From IMG/VR virus record IMGVR_UViG_3300009177_000028, positions 140,388 through 204,387 of that record: a stretch of 64,000 bases of DNA; one strand, written 5' to 3'. The notes below the pieces were generated by a model. It made no database searches. It had not been told where the DNA came from and was given only the letters and a program-made list of their open reading frames with translations. This document shows, in pieces, positions 1 to 9,699 of this stretch (positions are counted from its first letter, which is position 1; every line of letters begins with the position of its first letter). A program made the position numbers and the translations under genes.

Positions 1-119
1 TCGGTTCCTCGTGTAGGTAAAAAAGACTCTGCTAGGGTCCGTAGGTGGGCAACTGGTGCAAACTTAAAAGTAGGTAATTCAGACATTTTTCCTCGAATAT
101 AATGGGCTAAAGTAATTGT

Positions 120-716
120 TTGTCTTTATCTGTCAAGGGTATAAAATCTCATATAATTATGTTCTTCCCGCCAGCAATTATTTTCATTAACTCTGATCCG
201 CTAGACATTACACCTGATGGCTATTTCGTTGACGGCTATTCTGTTAATCCTGATGGGTATATTAATGATCTAACTAGAAATACCTTAGAAACTCAGTTAT
301 TCATTACTGAGACAATCACATTAAAAGAGTTTAATGGAAGAGTTTCTGTTGATCCTAATTATCCTTTTGCGGTTCATGCTCAGGGCTTGAGGGTAATGGT
401 AATTTTGCCAGATTTTCGCGATTACACCAACCGACAGTTGGCGGACCTAGTGCTCTTCTATAGCCACGGTATGGTGACTGTTGAAAAAAATAGATATGGA
501 CCACCCGGTCTTACGCTCCCAATTATAAGACTTAATATTTTCGATCTGTTGCGAGATGTTGGATCTAAATATGTTGTTATCCTACCCATTACTGCTACCA
601 AACCACCACGTAGTTTAGGGGGTATTGTAGTTGATGAATTAGCAGATAGTAGTGGAGTCCATGACCCAAATCCGGATAATGAATATAATAACCCAGATTT
701 TATTAATCGAAAGTAA
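120..716 (+). CDS. hypothetical protein; possible degenerate RecA/DnaB-like C-terminal segment
   Basis: 198-aa ORF; LADLVLFY...VTVEKNRYGPPG resembles the DnaB/RadA C-terminal KNRxG motif, but no Walker A is visible. Confidence 0.45.
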   Translation: MSLSVKGIKSHIIMFFPPAIIFINSDPLDITPDGYFVDGYSVNPDGYINDLTRNTLETQLFITETITLKEFNGRVSVDPNYPFAVHAQGLRVMVILPDFRDYTNRQLADLVLFYSHGMVTVEKNRYGPPGLTLPIIRLNIFDLLRDVGSKYVVILPITATKPPRSLGGIVVDELADSSGVHDPNPDNEYNNPDFINRK

Positions 717-763
717 AAACCGGGCATAATGGTGTATAATTTGTAGTCTTTTTAATAGGTGCC

Positions 764-1321
764 ATGATGAGTAAATACGATAAGTTAATTAAGAAGGTCG
801 AAGTTTTCGAAAAACTAGCAGTTTACGGCGATCGTTCTAACTTTTTAAAGGCTCTTGCCCAAGAAGTTACCCCTACTGTAGGTGGAACGCCAGAAGCCGA
901 TGCATATTTAGCACAATTTCCTCAGAATTCATCTGCACCACCTGCACCAGCTAAACCACAATTGCCATCAATCCCACTAGATGTCCAAGAAATGTTAAGC
1001 AAAATTGTCACCGTTGAAGGTGTCGGATTACCTTTGCAAAATGACGGACAAATTGGTTCAAAAACTAAGCAAGCATTAGATGCTTTTAGAAAAAAGTTTA
1101 ATGTTCCGGGAAACTTTAGCGATCAAGATACCTTTGGTGTAATTAAAAACACCTATAACAGAGATCCAGATAGATACGGTAAACTTTCTACCCCAGGTAA
1201 AGCGCAACCAAAAGCAGCACCAGCTCCAGCTCAACCTCAAGTGCGCGATTTAGATGATGCCTACAAGGCTCAACAAGAGTATTATAAAAAGCAGAGTATT
1301 CCACCAGGTGTTAAAGGATAA
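764..1321 (+). CDS. peptidoglycan-binding-domain (PG_binding_1-like) protein
   Basis: DVQEML...LQNDGQIGSKTKQALDAFRKKFNV fits the DGxxGxxTxxAL pattern; Pro/Ala/Gln-rich linkers. Confidence 0.6.
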   Translation: MMSKYDKLIKKVEVFEKLAVYGDRSNFLKALAQEVTPTVGGTPEADAYLAQFPQNSSAPPAPAKPQLPSIPLDVQEMLSKIVTVEGVGLPLQNDGQIGSKTKQALDAFRKKFNVPGNFSDQDTFGVIKNTYNRDPDRYGKLSTPGKAQPKAAPAPAQPQVRDLDDAYKAQQEYYKKQSIPPGVKG

Positions 1322-1400
1322 CTAAGATAGGATCCCTATCTGAGTTTGAAAGTTCGGATAGAACGCAGGAACTCGACCGATTCTTAACTTAAAATTTCTT

Positions 1401-1436
1401 GGCGGTGAATTTCATGGATTCACCGCCTTTATTTTT
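1401..1436 (+). terminator. intrinsic terminator
   Basis: GGCGGTGAAT-7 nt loop-ATTCACCGCC followed by TTTATTTTT. Confidence 0.85.
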
Positions 1437-1499
1437 GGCCTTAGCGAACTCCTTCTCGACAAAAGAATGGGGGATCATATAGGGGGATCAGTTATATTG

Positions 1500-2183
1500 A
1501 TGATCATGCGCCCCCAAACATTTGATCAGCTATTCCGATTCAGATCCCATTGTCTATGTGGATCTGAACTATCTACATTCTTTCCATATGGATCAAAGCT
1601 AAGAGACGATTATACATTCGTTAATTCTGTCGGTAGTCATCACATTGATGAGACTAGTAGTAAAGTAGTCTTCCTGTGCAACCTAACCGCCAATACCTCT
1701 CCCTATGGGCGAGTAGATTTCATGATGGAATGTTATGTTTCATCTCCTACTTTTAAATTGACGGCGACTAAAGAGTCCAAGAATATAATGTCCGCAGAAG
1801 ATTTCGTGAAGATTCATTTCACGGAGGATATTCAACAGGCGCAATGTATTACTTTAAAACGTATATGCTCTAAGGGAAACCTATGTGATTATCATTATGG
1901 TCTTTCCACCCAGCCCATTCTTTTTGATTTCAAGAGGAAAGAAATTAAACCAATTGATCTGGCTGAAGAATCATTTAGGATCAAGAATGATAAAGGTCTT
2001 GGATTCTACTTTAGAACCAATTTCACTGACGGGACAACTACCATTACCTACACTTCCCCGCATTCAGCCTTCGTAATTGGGACGCAGGAATCTATACAAA
2101 TGAAATCCGAAAAATTCCTCAAGTACCCGCTGAACCGAGAATTTTTATTAAATAAGGTTAAAACATTGCTCCTGTTTTCTTGA
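1500..2183 (+). CDS. Zn-ribbon/FS-tail family member 1 (long form)
   Basis: HCLCGSEL near N-terminus; ends LNKVKTLLLFS-TGA; track start 1467, ATG 1500 preferred. Confidence 0.85.
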   Translation: MIMRPQTFDQLFRFRSHCLCGSELSTFFPYGSKLRDDYTFVNSVGSHHIDETSSKVVFLCNLTANTSPYGRVDFMMECYVSSPTFKLTATKESKNIMSAEDFVKIHFTEDIQQAQCITLKRICSKGNLCDYHYGLSTQPILFDFKRKEIKPIDLAEESFRIKNDKGLGFYFRTNFTDGTTTITYTSPHSAFVIGTQESIQMKSEKFLKYPLNREFLLNKVKTLLLFS

Positions 2184-2224
2184 CCGCCCGTGGTTATACT
2201 ATTTGGGCAGAGGTAAAAGTAACC

Positions 2225-3064
2225 ATGAAACGTCTCGGACCTATTTTATTCATTTCTGCGGTAGTATGTGTATCGTGTACACACGAAGATAATAAGAAGC
2301 TTTCTCCCACGGAAGATGTGCTCCGGCCATCCCTACCGCCAACAAGCTCGGTTGGACTTCCCCAAACCGCCCCTACAGTAGACGCCGCCCCAGCAGGTAA
2401 ATGCCCGGCAGATATGGTGGAAGTGGAGGGTGATTTCTGTCCTAACGTAGATCAAACCTGTATTAAGGTTGATAAGAGTATTCACAACGTTAACGGCTAT
2501 GCTAAGTGTGATGAATTTGCCCCCACCAAATGCTTATCGAAGCAACGAGTCCATATGCATTTTTGTATGGATCGTTATGAATGGCCAAATAAAAAAGAGG
2601 CCCGCCCATTGGTTATGCTAACCTGGAATGATATGAAACGTGAATGTGGGCAGATTGGTAAGAGAATCTGTGTAGATCATGAGTGGTCTCTGGCGTGTGA
2701 AGGGCCTGAAATTCTTCCCTATCCGTATGGGTTGGTGCGAGACGCCACCGCCTGTAATATCGACCATCCGCAAAAGCCTGATGCCAATATCAATAACATG
2801 AGCAAAGAGAATGTGGAATATCTATGGCAGGGCGTTTCTTCTGGTTCCATGGAAAGATGCGTTTCACCTTATGGCGTCCATGATATGACCGGGAACGTAG
2901 ACGAAAGCGTAGTCAATTCTGAGGGCAATCCATATCACAGCGCTGAGATGGGCGGTCATTGGGTAAAAGGTGCCCGCAATAGGTGCCGCCCCAAAACAAC
3001 CATTCATAATGAAGACTTTGCCTTTTATGAAATCGGCGGCCGTTGCTGCAAAGATATCAAATGA
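2225..3064 (+). CDS. formylglycine-generating-enzyme (FGE-sulfatase/SUMF1-EgtB-PvdO fold) lipoprotein
   Basis: lipobox VVCVSC; CPADMVEV, FCMDRYEWPN, EWSLACEG, PYPYG, SPYGVHDMTGNVDE, GGRCC motifs; Cys-rich style typical of myxobacterial members. Confidence 0.85.
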   Translation: MKRLGPILFISAVVCVSCTHEDNKKLSPTEDVLRPSLPPTSSVGLPQTAPTVDAAPAGKCPADMVEVEGDFCPNVDQTCIKVDKSIHNVNGYAKCDEFAPTKCLSKQRVHMHFCMDRYEWPNKKEARPLVMLTWNDMKRECGQIGKRICVDHEWSLACEGPEILPYPYGLVRDATACNIDHPQKPDANINNMSKENVEYLWQGVSSGSMERCVSPYGVHDMTGNVDESVVNSEGNPYHSAEMGGHWVKGARNRCRPKTTIHNEDFAFYEIGGRCCKDIK

Positions 3065-3708
3065 ACCTAACAGAGTTTGTGGAGTATAGGGAACAATGCC
3101 CTATTTGTGATTCCAAACTCCACTTCATTTTTCATTCTAAAAAGTGGCAAAGCATGCGATATGAAGATGATCGCTTACTTGTAATTTTTCGCATGGACTC
3201 CATTAAAAAGCACCAGCAAGACTATAAGGTAGGCTACTCATTTGGAATGAAAGATAATTCTTGGTATGTAGAGTTCTTTTCTAAAGATCAAAAGAGGTTT
3301 GAAGAAGAATCTCCAGAGCACCTGCGTAATAGGTTTAAAGAATTAGATAAGAACTTAAAATACTACCGATTTTACAAGTACTGTACATCTTGTTGTCGTT
3401 ATAATTACTCTTCTAATACCTTTATGTTAAATCAGAAAACTGGCCATATAGACAATTTATGCTTGGGTAACGAGTATTTTGGATTGTCACTTCCATTGGA
3501 GGATGGTAGGTACCGCATCTGTAAATTAAATAATGACTACATATTAAATATGAGTTCAATCTCTTTCTCTAAGGAAAAGAGTAACGTGTGGGCTAGGGCA
3601 GACTCATCAACGAATGAGATGAGTTTTATTCAGATTCCAAGTCTGATTAAGTTTACTACTCATGATGAAACCATTGCCCGAATTAATAAGCTAATGGTCT
3701 TCTCTTAA
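3061..3708 (+). CDS. Zn-ribbon/FS-tail family member 2 (long form)
   Basis: CPIC and CTSCC; ends IARINKLMVFS-TAA; ATGA overlap at 3061-3064. Confidence 0.85.
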   Translation: MNLTEFVEYREQCPICDSKLHFIFHSKKWQSMRYEDDRLLVIFRMDSIKKHQQDYKVGYSFGMKDNSWYVEFFSKDQKRFEEESPEHLRNRFKELDKNLKYYRFYKYCTSCCRYNYSSNTFMLNQKTGHIDNLCLGNEYFGLSLPLEDGRYRICKLNNDYILNMSSISFSKEKSNVWARADSSTNEMSFIQIPSLIKFTTHDETIARINKLMVFS

Positions 3709-4235
3709 AGGAAAGCGCCCATCTTTTTAATGGCTTGCATCCATCTAATAATGTCTACCACAGTATCTACTGGAACATTTTGGGCAGAGCTAGAAATGCC
3801 GTTATCAAACCATTGAAGCCACTTTCTACCAAAGAATCTATTATCTTTAGACCAATCCATTCGGAAATCCATGTTGCAAGGATTACCTGATGGAGTTTTG
3901 TATTTCTTCTCCCAGACCTCAATGTCCATGGTAAGGTCTACGCCTTTCCCAAATTTATCTGGATAGCCATGGTATCTTTCAATCTTAATTAGGAAGTCAC
4001 CCACCTTTATATTCATGCACTTATATAATGCCTCTTGGATGCTGTCTTTCCTGCATTTGGTTACATCCACTACCCCATGATGGTTATGTATTCTAATCTT
4101 TTCTTTGGCAGGTGGGTCAGCCCAGATCCAGGCTTCATCCGGTGGGTTTAAAGGCTCATCCTCATCCGAGTCGTATTGCTGATCGGTTAACTCCTCTAAA
4201 AGTTTGAGGTATTCTTCTTTAGAAATGGAAGTCAT
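3705..4235 (-). CDS. hypothetical protein, paralogue of 8298-8732
   Basis: shares I.EAL.K, D.RF...W and DII...(K)..FL with 8298-8732; tail-to-tail TTAA overlap. Confidence 0.8.
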   Translation of the reverse strand: MTSISKEEYLKLLEELTDQQYDSDEDEPLNPPDEAWIWADPPAKEKIRIHNHHGVVDVTKCRKDSIQEALYKCMNIKVGDFLIKIERYHGYPDKFGKGVDLTMDIEVWEKKYKTPSGNPCNMDFRMDWSKDNRFFGRKWLQWFDNGISSSAQNVPVDTVVDIIRWMQAIKKMGAFL

Positions 4236-4283
4236 GGCTTATTATTAAATATAACCGGTTATTAATAAATTTGTATTTAATAC

Positions 4284-4940
4284 ATGGACGCTAACAAGTT
4301 ACTTAAAAGGGCCATTTACTTTCATTCATTGGCCACTTCTAGCGAAGAGATGCCAGACAATTCTAAGGACTTGAAAACTATTCTCAAGAATATAGAAGGT
4401 CTGGAAAACTACAACTCTCGCAAGGAATATGCAGAAAAGAACCTAAAGCATTTGTCTTCAAGCTCTTCTCGTATCGTCTATTCTACCAGTAAAGATACTA
4501 TTATTAAGTTAGCTAAGAATGATAAAGGTATTGCTCAGAATAAAGCTGAGTGCAACCCTAAGATGAAGTCTAAGTTTTTGAACGAAGTAATCGGTCATGC
4601 CACCAATTATTCTTGGATGGAGACCCATTATTTGGATAAGATCACGGCCAAGGAATTTAATGAGATGACTGGGCTTGATTTTGATGATTTTGGAGAAAGT
4701 ATCCGTTATGGTTTAAAAAATGTTTCCGGCAACACTGACAAAGAAAAGCCAGCTAACTTCGACAAAGTGTCGGAATCGGAAATATATAAGGAGATGTTTA
4801 GGATCGGTAAAGAGTTCAAGCTAATGCCAGGTGACTTAGCAAGAATCTCTTCTTGGGGGACTAAAGATGGCCGCCCAGTTCTTATCGATGCTGGTCTTAC
4901 CAAAGACGTATTCTCCGAGTATTATGAATCTTCCTCATGA
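4284..4940 (+). CDS. protein-kinase-like fold protein
   Basis: SSSSRIVY (degenerate Gly loop), IIKLAKN..GIAQNKAE (Lys/Glu), GDLARISSWG, RPVLIDAG. Confidence 0.6.
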   Translation: MDANKLLKRAIYFHSLATSSEEMPDNSKDLKTILKNIEGLENYNSRKEYAEKNLKHLSSSSSRIVYSTSKDTIIKLAKNDKGIAQNKAECNPKMKSKFLNEVIGHATNYSWMETHYLDKITAKEFNEMTGLDFDDFGESIRYGLKNVSGNTDKEKPANFDKVSESEIYKEMFRIGKEFKLMPGDLARISSWGTKDGRPVLIDAGLTKDVFSEYYESSS

Positions 4941-5536
4941 TTAAATTTTCTTCTTTCAAAGAAGCCATTAACTACCAGCCCGTATGTCCGTTATGTCGTA
5001 GCCAACTACACATTAACGATAGAGATTTGGCCGCTGACTATGGCTTCGAATACCGTGGCGATAAACGTGAGAGAATCTCTTTCTTCGTTAACCGACGAGA
5101 AGATGATACTCTAACTATTGATCCGGAAACTGATGAAGTTGAACTACTTTATGCTAACAGAATGCCACCCAGTATTCCTAATTACAACAGTCCAACACAT
5201 TACACTAACCCTCCAAAAGCATACAATGGAAGATTTCTTCACGCTCTAACTATTGATTGTAAGAGCTGCTGTCAATATGGTTTTACTCTACAACTTCATT
5301 TTGATTTGACAGAACAAAAGTTAGCTTCTGCCTTTCTAAATTCTGAAACCGTAAATATTACGGAATGTGAAATGGTACATGAAATCAAGAATATTTATGC
5401 TACCGAAAAGACTCACTATACTTATTTCCCAAGGGACGGTAGCTGCAAGCAAACCACTCTCCCTTTGATTGCTTTAGACTTATCTAATCCATTAGAGACG
5501 GTGGCGCGCATTCGTAAGCTATTAATTTTTTCATGA
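4937..5536 (+). CDS. Zn-ribbon/FS-tail family member 3 (long form)
   Basis: CPLC, CKSCC; ends VARIRKLLIFS-TGA. Confidence 0.85.
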   Translation: MIKFSSFKEAINYQPVCPLCRSQLHINDRDLAADYGFEYRGDKRERISFFVNRREDDTLTIDPETDEVELLYANRMPPSIPNYNSPTHYTNPPKAYNGRFLHALTIDCKSCCQYGFTLQLHFDLTEQKLASAFLNSETVNITECEMVHEIKNIYATEKTHYTYFPRDGSCKQTTLPLIALDLSNPLETVARIRKLLIFS

Positions 5537-6240
5537 GCCTTTCTGAGTTTTTAACATTTAGTCAGCAGTGTCCCATTTGCGGCGAGTCCCTAAACTTGTA
5601 CATGCAATGGATTAATTTTACTTGTTTTAAGGCTACTTTACTGGAACCAAATCTTTATCAATTTGATCCCTTCCTCCGAAATAATATGGTTTTACAACAG
5701 GTGGAGGACGATGATTATATGCTTTTGAAGAACAATGGGGACACCATAGAAACCCAAATGTCCTCCAGCAAGATTCTCCAAGAGGCCAAGAAATACCACA
5801 TATACTTCTTTTATCTTTGCAATCCATTAGGGTTCCAAAAGAAGAAATATGGAGACTATCAAATTAACCTATATAAAGGATGTTACTATCGAGATAGCGC
5901 CATTATGGAATTTCAAAGGAATGAAGACCAAGATAATAAATCTTGGAAATTAACATACCTAGATAAAGATCATAAACATTTATCTAATAAATGTGAATCA
6001 TTCAGTTTTAAACGTACTCTTAATAATATAGAAAGGGTTTATATGCTAGACCTAAACTATGATCAAAAGGTTACTACCATATGGCACTATTCTGTTACGG
6101 AAGAAGAAAAGAAGATTGAGTCATTCGAGCCCAAGATATTTGAAAAGAAGATGCCTCTACTTAAAAATAGACCTAGATTAGGATTAGAAGATAGGGACAA
6201 ACTAATAGATAGATTTGATTCCTGGATTATTATGTCATGA
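5533..6240 (+). CDS. Zn-ribbon/FS-tail family member 4 (long form)
   Basis: CPIC; ends [14 protein letters not shown]. Confidence 0.8.
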   Translation: MSLSEFLTFSQQCPICGESLNLYMQWINFTCFKATLLEPNLYQFDPFLRNNMVLQQVEDDDYMLLKNNGDTIETQMSSSKILQEAKKYHIYFFYLCNPLGFQKKKYGDYQINLYKGCYYRDSAIMEFQRNEDQDNKSWKLTYLDKDHKHLSNKCESFSFKRTLNNIERVYMLDLNYDQKVTTIWHYSVTEEEKKIESFEPKIFEKKMPLLKNRPRLGLEDRDKLIDRFDSWIIMS

Positions 6241-6632
6241 GTAAAATTGTACTTTGTCCCGATCACTATTATAATTGTCCCATTTGTGGGAAGCCCTGCG
6301 ATGTGGTAGAGCAGGAAGGGTTTAATTTACAAATTAGGTTGCAAGGCTCATGCCAGGTATTTTATTGCTACAACCCACTTGTCACAGACCCTTTGCATTA
6401 TTATAGTCACATAGTGGAGAAAACCAATCCTAACAAGCTAGCCTTCCATGAGTTCTCCTTAAACCTAGGGAATAAAAGCGTATTATTCTCCAACAACTTT
6501 CTGATTCAGAAGAGCTTAATTAAGAATAACAAAGACTCTAAGCCTCTCGAATTGGGTTTTGTTATCATGCCAGATTTTCCAAACCTTGATTCTCTGAAGA
6601 AAAAAGTTAGAACTGCCATTACATTTTCATGA
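6237..6632 (+). CDS. Zn-ribbon/FS-tail family member 5
   Basis: CPIC; ends [19 protein letters not shown]. Confidence 0.85.
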   Translation: MSKIVLCPDHYYNCPICGKPCDVVEQEGFNLQIRLQGSCQVFYCYNPLVTDPLHYYSHIVEKTNPNKLAFHEFSLNLGNKSVLFSNNFLIQKSLIKNNKDSKPLELGFVIMPDFPNLDSLKKKVRTAITFS

Positions 6633-7726
6633 AAACGATACTTCAACTGGTTGAATCCTGTCAGGATAAAGTAAAAATCCTGGAAGAGATGATTCCTGTC
6701 AAAAAACATCAGAATAGACTGGCCGAGCTTGACGAACGAGTCTCGATGGACGGAGATCTATGGAATGATCCAAGAGCCGCTGCCGCCCTTATGAAAGAAA
6801 GGCAAAAGCTATCAGACCTTCTAGAGACTATGAAGTACTTCCATGATCAGTCTGAATTCTACTCTGAATGCTGGAAGGTCATGCCTAATGAAATGGATGA
6901 AATGGTCCCGGCCATGTCCCTGTTAGAAGCGACCATGGATAGCTTTGAGTTTAAACAGATGCTCAAAGACCCAGTAGATGACAGTGCCGCCATTGTATCT
7001 ATCAACGCAGGCGCAGGCGGCCTTGAGGCAGCCAATTGGGTAACCATGCTACTCCGCATGTACTCCCGTTATGCAGATTCTTATAAATTCAAGGTGGAGC
7101 TTCTAGATATGAAGCCTTCCGAAGAACATAGCGCCATCTGTACAGACTCAGTTTCCATTAGGGTAGAAGGCCCATATGCCTACGGGTTTCTAAAGGGTGA
7201 GGCTGGCGTTCATAGGTTGATTCGTAACTCTCCATTCAATGCTGGGGATGCCCGCCATACTTCCTTTGCGGCAGTAGCCGTCACGCCCGACATTGAAGAC
7301 ACTATTGATATCGTCATTAATGAAAAAGATATAGAAATCACCACCATGAGAGCCTCTGGAGCTGGTGGACAGAATGTCAACAAGGTTGAAAGCGCAGTCC
7401 GTTTGAAGCACTTACCAACCGGCATAGTTATCAACTCTCGTTCTGAGCGAGACCAGCATACCAATCGTCGTTTAGCCATGAAGATGTTAAAGGCTAAGCT
7501 ATATGATTTAGAGATGCGCAAGAAGATGTCCGAGAAGGAAAAATATCTGATGAGCATGTCGGATAACGCTTTCGGAAACCAAATGCGTACCTATACTTTG
7601 ACCCCCTATCAGCTTGTCAAGGACGAAAGAACCGACCATCAAGTAAGGGACGCCGACAGCGTCCTAGATGGTGATATCCAAGGGTTCCTTATCTCTTATT
7701 TGCGTTTTAGAGATAAACTATTATAA
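6629..7726 (+). CDS. prfB: peptide chain release factor 2 (no programmed frameshift)
   Basis: 365 aa; [24 protein letters not shown] (SPF = RF2 specificity motif), [22 protein letters not shown] (GGQ). Confidence 0.96.
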   Translation: MKTILQLVESCQDKVKILEEMIPVKKHQNRLAELDERVSMDGDLWNDPRAAAALMKERQKLSDLLETMKYFHDQSEFYSECWKVMPNEMDEMVPAMSLLEATMDSFEFKQMLKDPVDDSAAIVSINAGAGGLEAANWVTMLLRMYSRYADSYKFKVELLDMKPSEEHSAICTDSVSIRVEGPYAYGFLKGEAGVHRLIRNSPFNAGDARHTSFAAVAVTPDIEDTIDIVINEKDIEITTMRASGAGGQNVNKVESAVRLKHLPTGIVINSRSERDQHTNRRLAMKMLKAKLYDLEMRKKMSEKEKYLMSMSDNAFGNQMRTYTLTPYQLVKDERTDHQVRDADSVLDGDIQGFLISYLRFRDKLL

Positions 7727-7727
7727 T

Positions 7728-8303
7728 ATGAAGAAGTTTACTGTCAAGGATTTTATCGCTTACAACAACCCTTGCTTTAGCTGCGGCGAAAGAATATCTT
7801 TTAAAATTGGAATCATTGAAAACACAATAGATGGCATGGCCCATTTAAGGCCCACAGTCGCTCCCGAACATACTGTGGTTGATTTAAAGATTACCTATAA
7901 TAGTAGTTTACAGTTATGGATATTCCATAAGTCTAATAAGATTATCTCATCCAATAATAAAGAATTAACCACCTTCTTATCTAAGAACAATATATTTCTA
8001 CATAGCAGATGTGATAAATGCTATACCAACGTTCAGAGTCAATTCTTAGAGTTTAACCTAGATAAGGGGTTCATTAAACCCGTAGGTATTAGCGAAGAAA
8101 TGATTATCATTACGGATGACAATAATATGTACCACGTGAACTCTTCATTCATAGAAGAGCGAACTAGTGTGGTGGTCGACCGCTTGGATAAAGCAACGCC
8201 AGTCTCCCCGATTAAATTTGAATTACCTCTCTTGCCCATGTATAAGTTCAAGGACAAAGAGCATTTTCTTAATAAGATGAAGACTTATGTTCTGTTCTCA
8301 TAA
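7728..8303 (+). CDS. Zn-ribbon/FS-tail family member 6 (long form)
   Basis: CFSC, CDKC; ends FLNKMKTYVLFS-TAA; ATG 7728 just after the RF2 stop. Confidence 0.85.
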   Translation: MKKFTVKDFIAYNNPCFSCGERISFKIGIIENTIDGMAHLRPTVAPEHTVVDLKITYNSSLQLWIFHKSNKIISSNNKELTTFLSKNNIFLHSRCDKCYTNVQSQFLEFNLDKGFIKPVGISEEMIIITDDNNMYHVNSSFIEERTSVVVDRLDKATPVSPIKFELPLLPMYKFKDKEHFLNKMKTYVLFS

Positions 8304-8732
8304 GAACATTTTCAAGTTATTCAATCTCTTAACATACATAATAATATCAATTAGATTCTTAATTCTTAGATTATAGTCTTTGTTTAGTTCAGTCCAGTAT
8401 TGATTCTTAAACCTCTTGTCATTACAGAGGTTGATATTGTAAATGGAACTGCCTGAACGGGAGCGCTCATAAATAGCTACACGGAAGCGGCCGTATTCTT
8501 TAAGACGCTCTCTGTCTTTAGATGAATCAAGCGAGGAAAACAGCAAGCGAATTTGATACATACCAACCATGATGTCGTTCTCGACTAAGGTGTATGTAGT
8601 GGAATCTGGTAATTGAACTAACTCTCGGACTTCGGCCTTGCGGAGGGCTTCCTTGATTTTGTTCTTGGAAATCTTCTCTTTACTAAAGTCTAGAATGGTT
8701 CTGAATTCTTGCTTGCCTTTAATTAAACTCAT
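8298..8732 (-). CDS. hypothetical protein, paralogue of 3705-4235
   Basis: ends LIDIIMYVKRLNNLKMFL; convergent stop overlap with member 6. Confidence 0.8.
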   Translation of the reverse strand: MSLIKGKQEFRTILDFSKEKISKNKIKEALRKAEVRELVQLPDSTTYTLVENDIMVGMYQIRLLFSSLDSSKDRERLKEYGRFRVAIYERSRSGSSIYNINLCNDKRFKNQYWTELNKDYNLRIKNLIDIIMYVKRLNNLKMFL

Positions 8733-9025
8733 CTCTTTAATTCGTATCCTCCGAGGAGATGCTCGTTGTCATCTATGACCTTAATGACATCCTCGGTTAG
8801 CTCATCATCACGATAGTAGCCATAGATGGCCCCACCTAAACCTAATGCAGCTTTATGTACTTTTTCACCATACAAAAAGTACATCCCGATACCAAGTTTA
8901 TCACAATCAAGTATCTCAAAATGGTACCCGATGTCTGACTTAAAAACACGAAGAGTGAAGCGCGTATCGATAGATTTATTTAGAACAATTTCAGTTTTCA
9001 TGTAGAGGTATATATCATGGATCAC
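8729..9025 (-). CDS. hypothetical protein
   Basis: 98-aa ORF with ATGA overlap into 8298-8732. Confidence 0.7.
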   Translation of the reverse strand: MIHDIYLYMKTEIVLNKSIDTRFTLRVFKSDIGYHFEILDCDKLGIGMYFLYGEKVHKAALGLGGAIYGYYRDDELTEDVIKVIDDNEHLLGGYELKR

Positions 9026-9346
9026 TTGTGCCCCATTTGCCAGCGAAAGCTAACTGCGGAAGATGAAAGGAATGAAATTACCGATTATCATTGCTTTCCT
9101 CCGCCCAACGATCATCACTTTAGTAAGCGTATAAAGAACGATCAAGTTCAGAAGATTAAAATTCGTCTTAGCCCAGACGGCAATAAGCTATACCTCAAGA
9201 TTAACTTCGATGAGGGTTACTCTCAAGTCTGGACTAGGCCCGATGATGAGTCATCTAGGATTAAGATCAATCATGTCTTTGAGCCCGACCTTAGTGACCT
9301 AAACGCCCTTCAACAGAAGCTCCGTACCTACCTAATCTTCTCATGA
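9017..9346 (+). CDS. Zn-ribbon/FS-tail family member 7
   Basis: CPIC; ends LQQKLRTYLIFS-TGA. Confidence 0.88.
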   Translation: MDHLCPICQRKLTAEDERNEITDYHCFPPPNDHHFSKRIKNDQVQKIKIRLSPDGNKLYLKINFDEGYSQVWTRPDDESSRIKINHVFEPDLSDLNALQQKLRTYLIFS

Positions 9347-9699
9347 AAGCACCGACCCATTGTCCCAAATGTGGGGACGCTTTAGTTAATGATTTCTATG
9401 AACGGAAATCGCGCAATATCATAATCAAACGTTGTAAAACTCGCCCTGATCATCAATTCCAATGCGTAGTAGGTGAGAATGATACTGACATGCACAGTGC
9501 CACCGTTGCCGTTTCTGTCAATCCTTTGATTAGAGTGGCTTGGCGATTTGACGAGAAGACCTTAGCAGTAGCTAAGGGAACTATAGAAGAAATGATAAAG
9601 AGAGGGGATGATGAAGAATTTTTACCCTTCTTTATGCCAAACTTTAAAGATTATAATAAGCTAATTAAGAAACTCAGAACATATATTACTTTCTCATGA
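9343..9699 (+). CDS. Zn-ribbon/FS-tail family member 8
   Basis: CPKC; ends LIKKLRTYITFS-TGA. Confidence 0.88.
   Translation: MKAPTHCPKCGDALVNDFYERKSRNIIIKRCKTRPDHQFQCVVGENDTDMHSATVAVSVNPLIRVAWRFDEKTLAVAKGTIEEMIKRGDDEEFLPFFMPNFKDYNKLIKKLRTYITFS

Noticed and set aside
6728-6733. CTTGAC in prfB as a remnant frameshift site
   Set aside because: It is in frame (Leu-Asp), lacks the extra T of CTT-TGA-C, and lies about 9 codons past the usual position.
6629-7726. RF2 as a sign of TAG stop-codon reassignment
   Set aside because: Genes tile well under code 11, and TAG ends credible genes (e.g. 14242 minus, 29976, 36416, 44287, 53830, 62858) with sensible downstream starts or hairpins.
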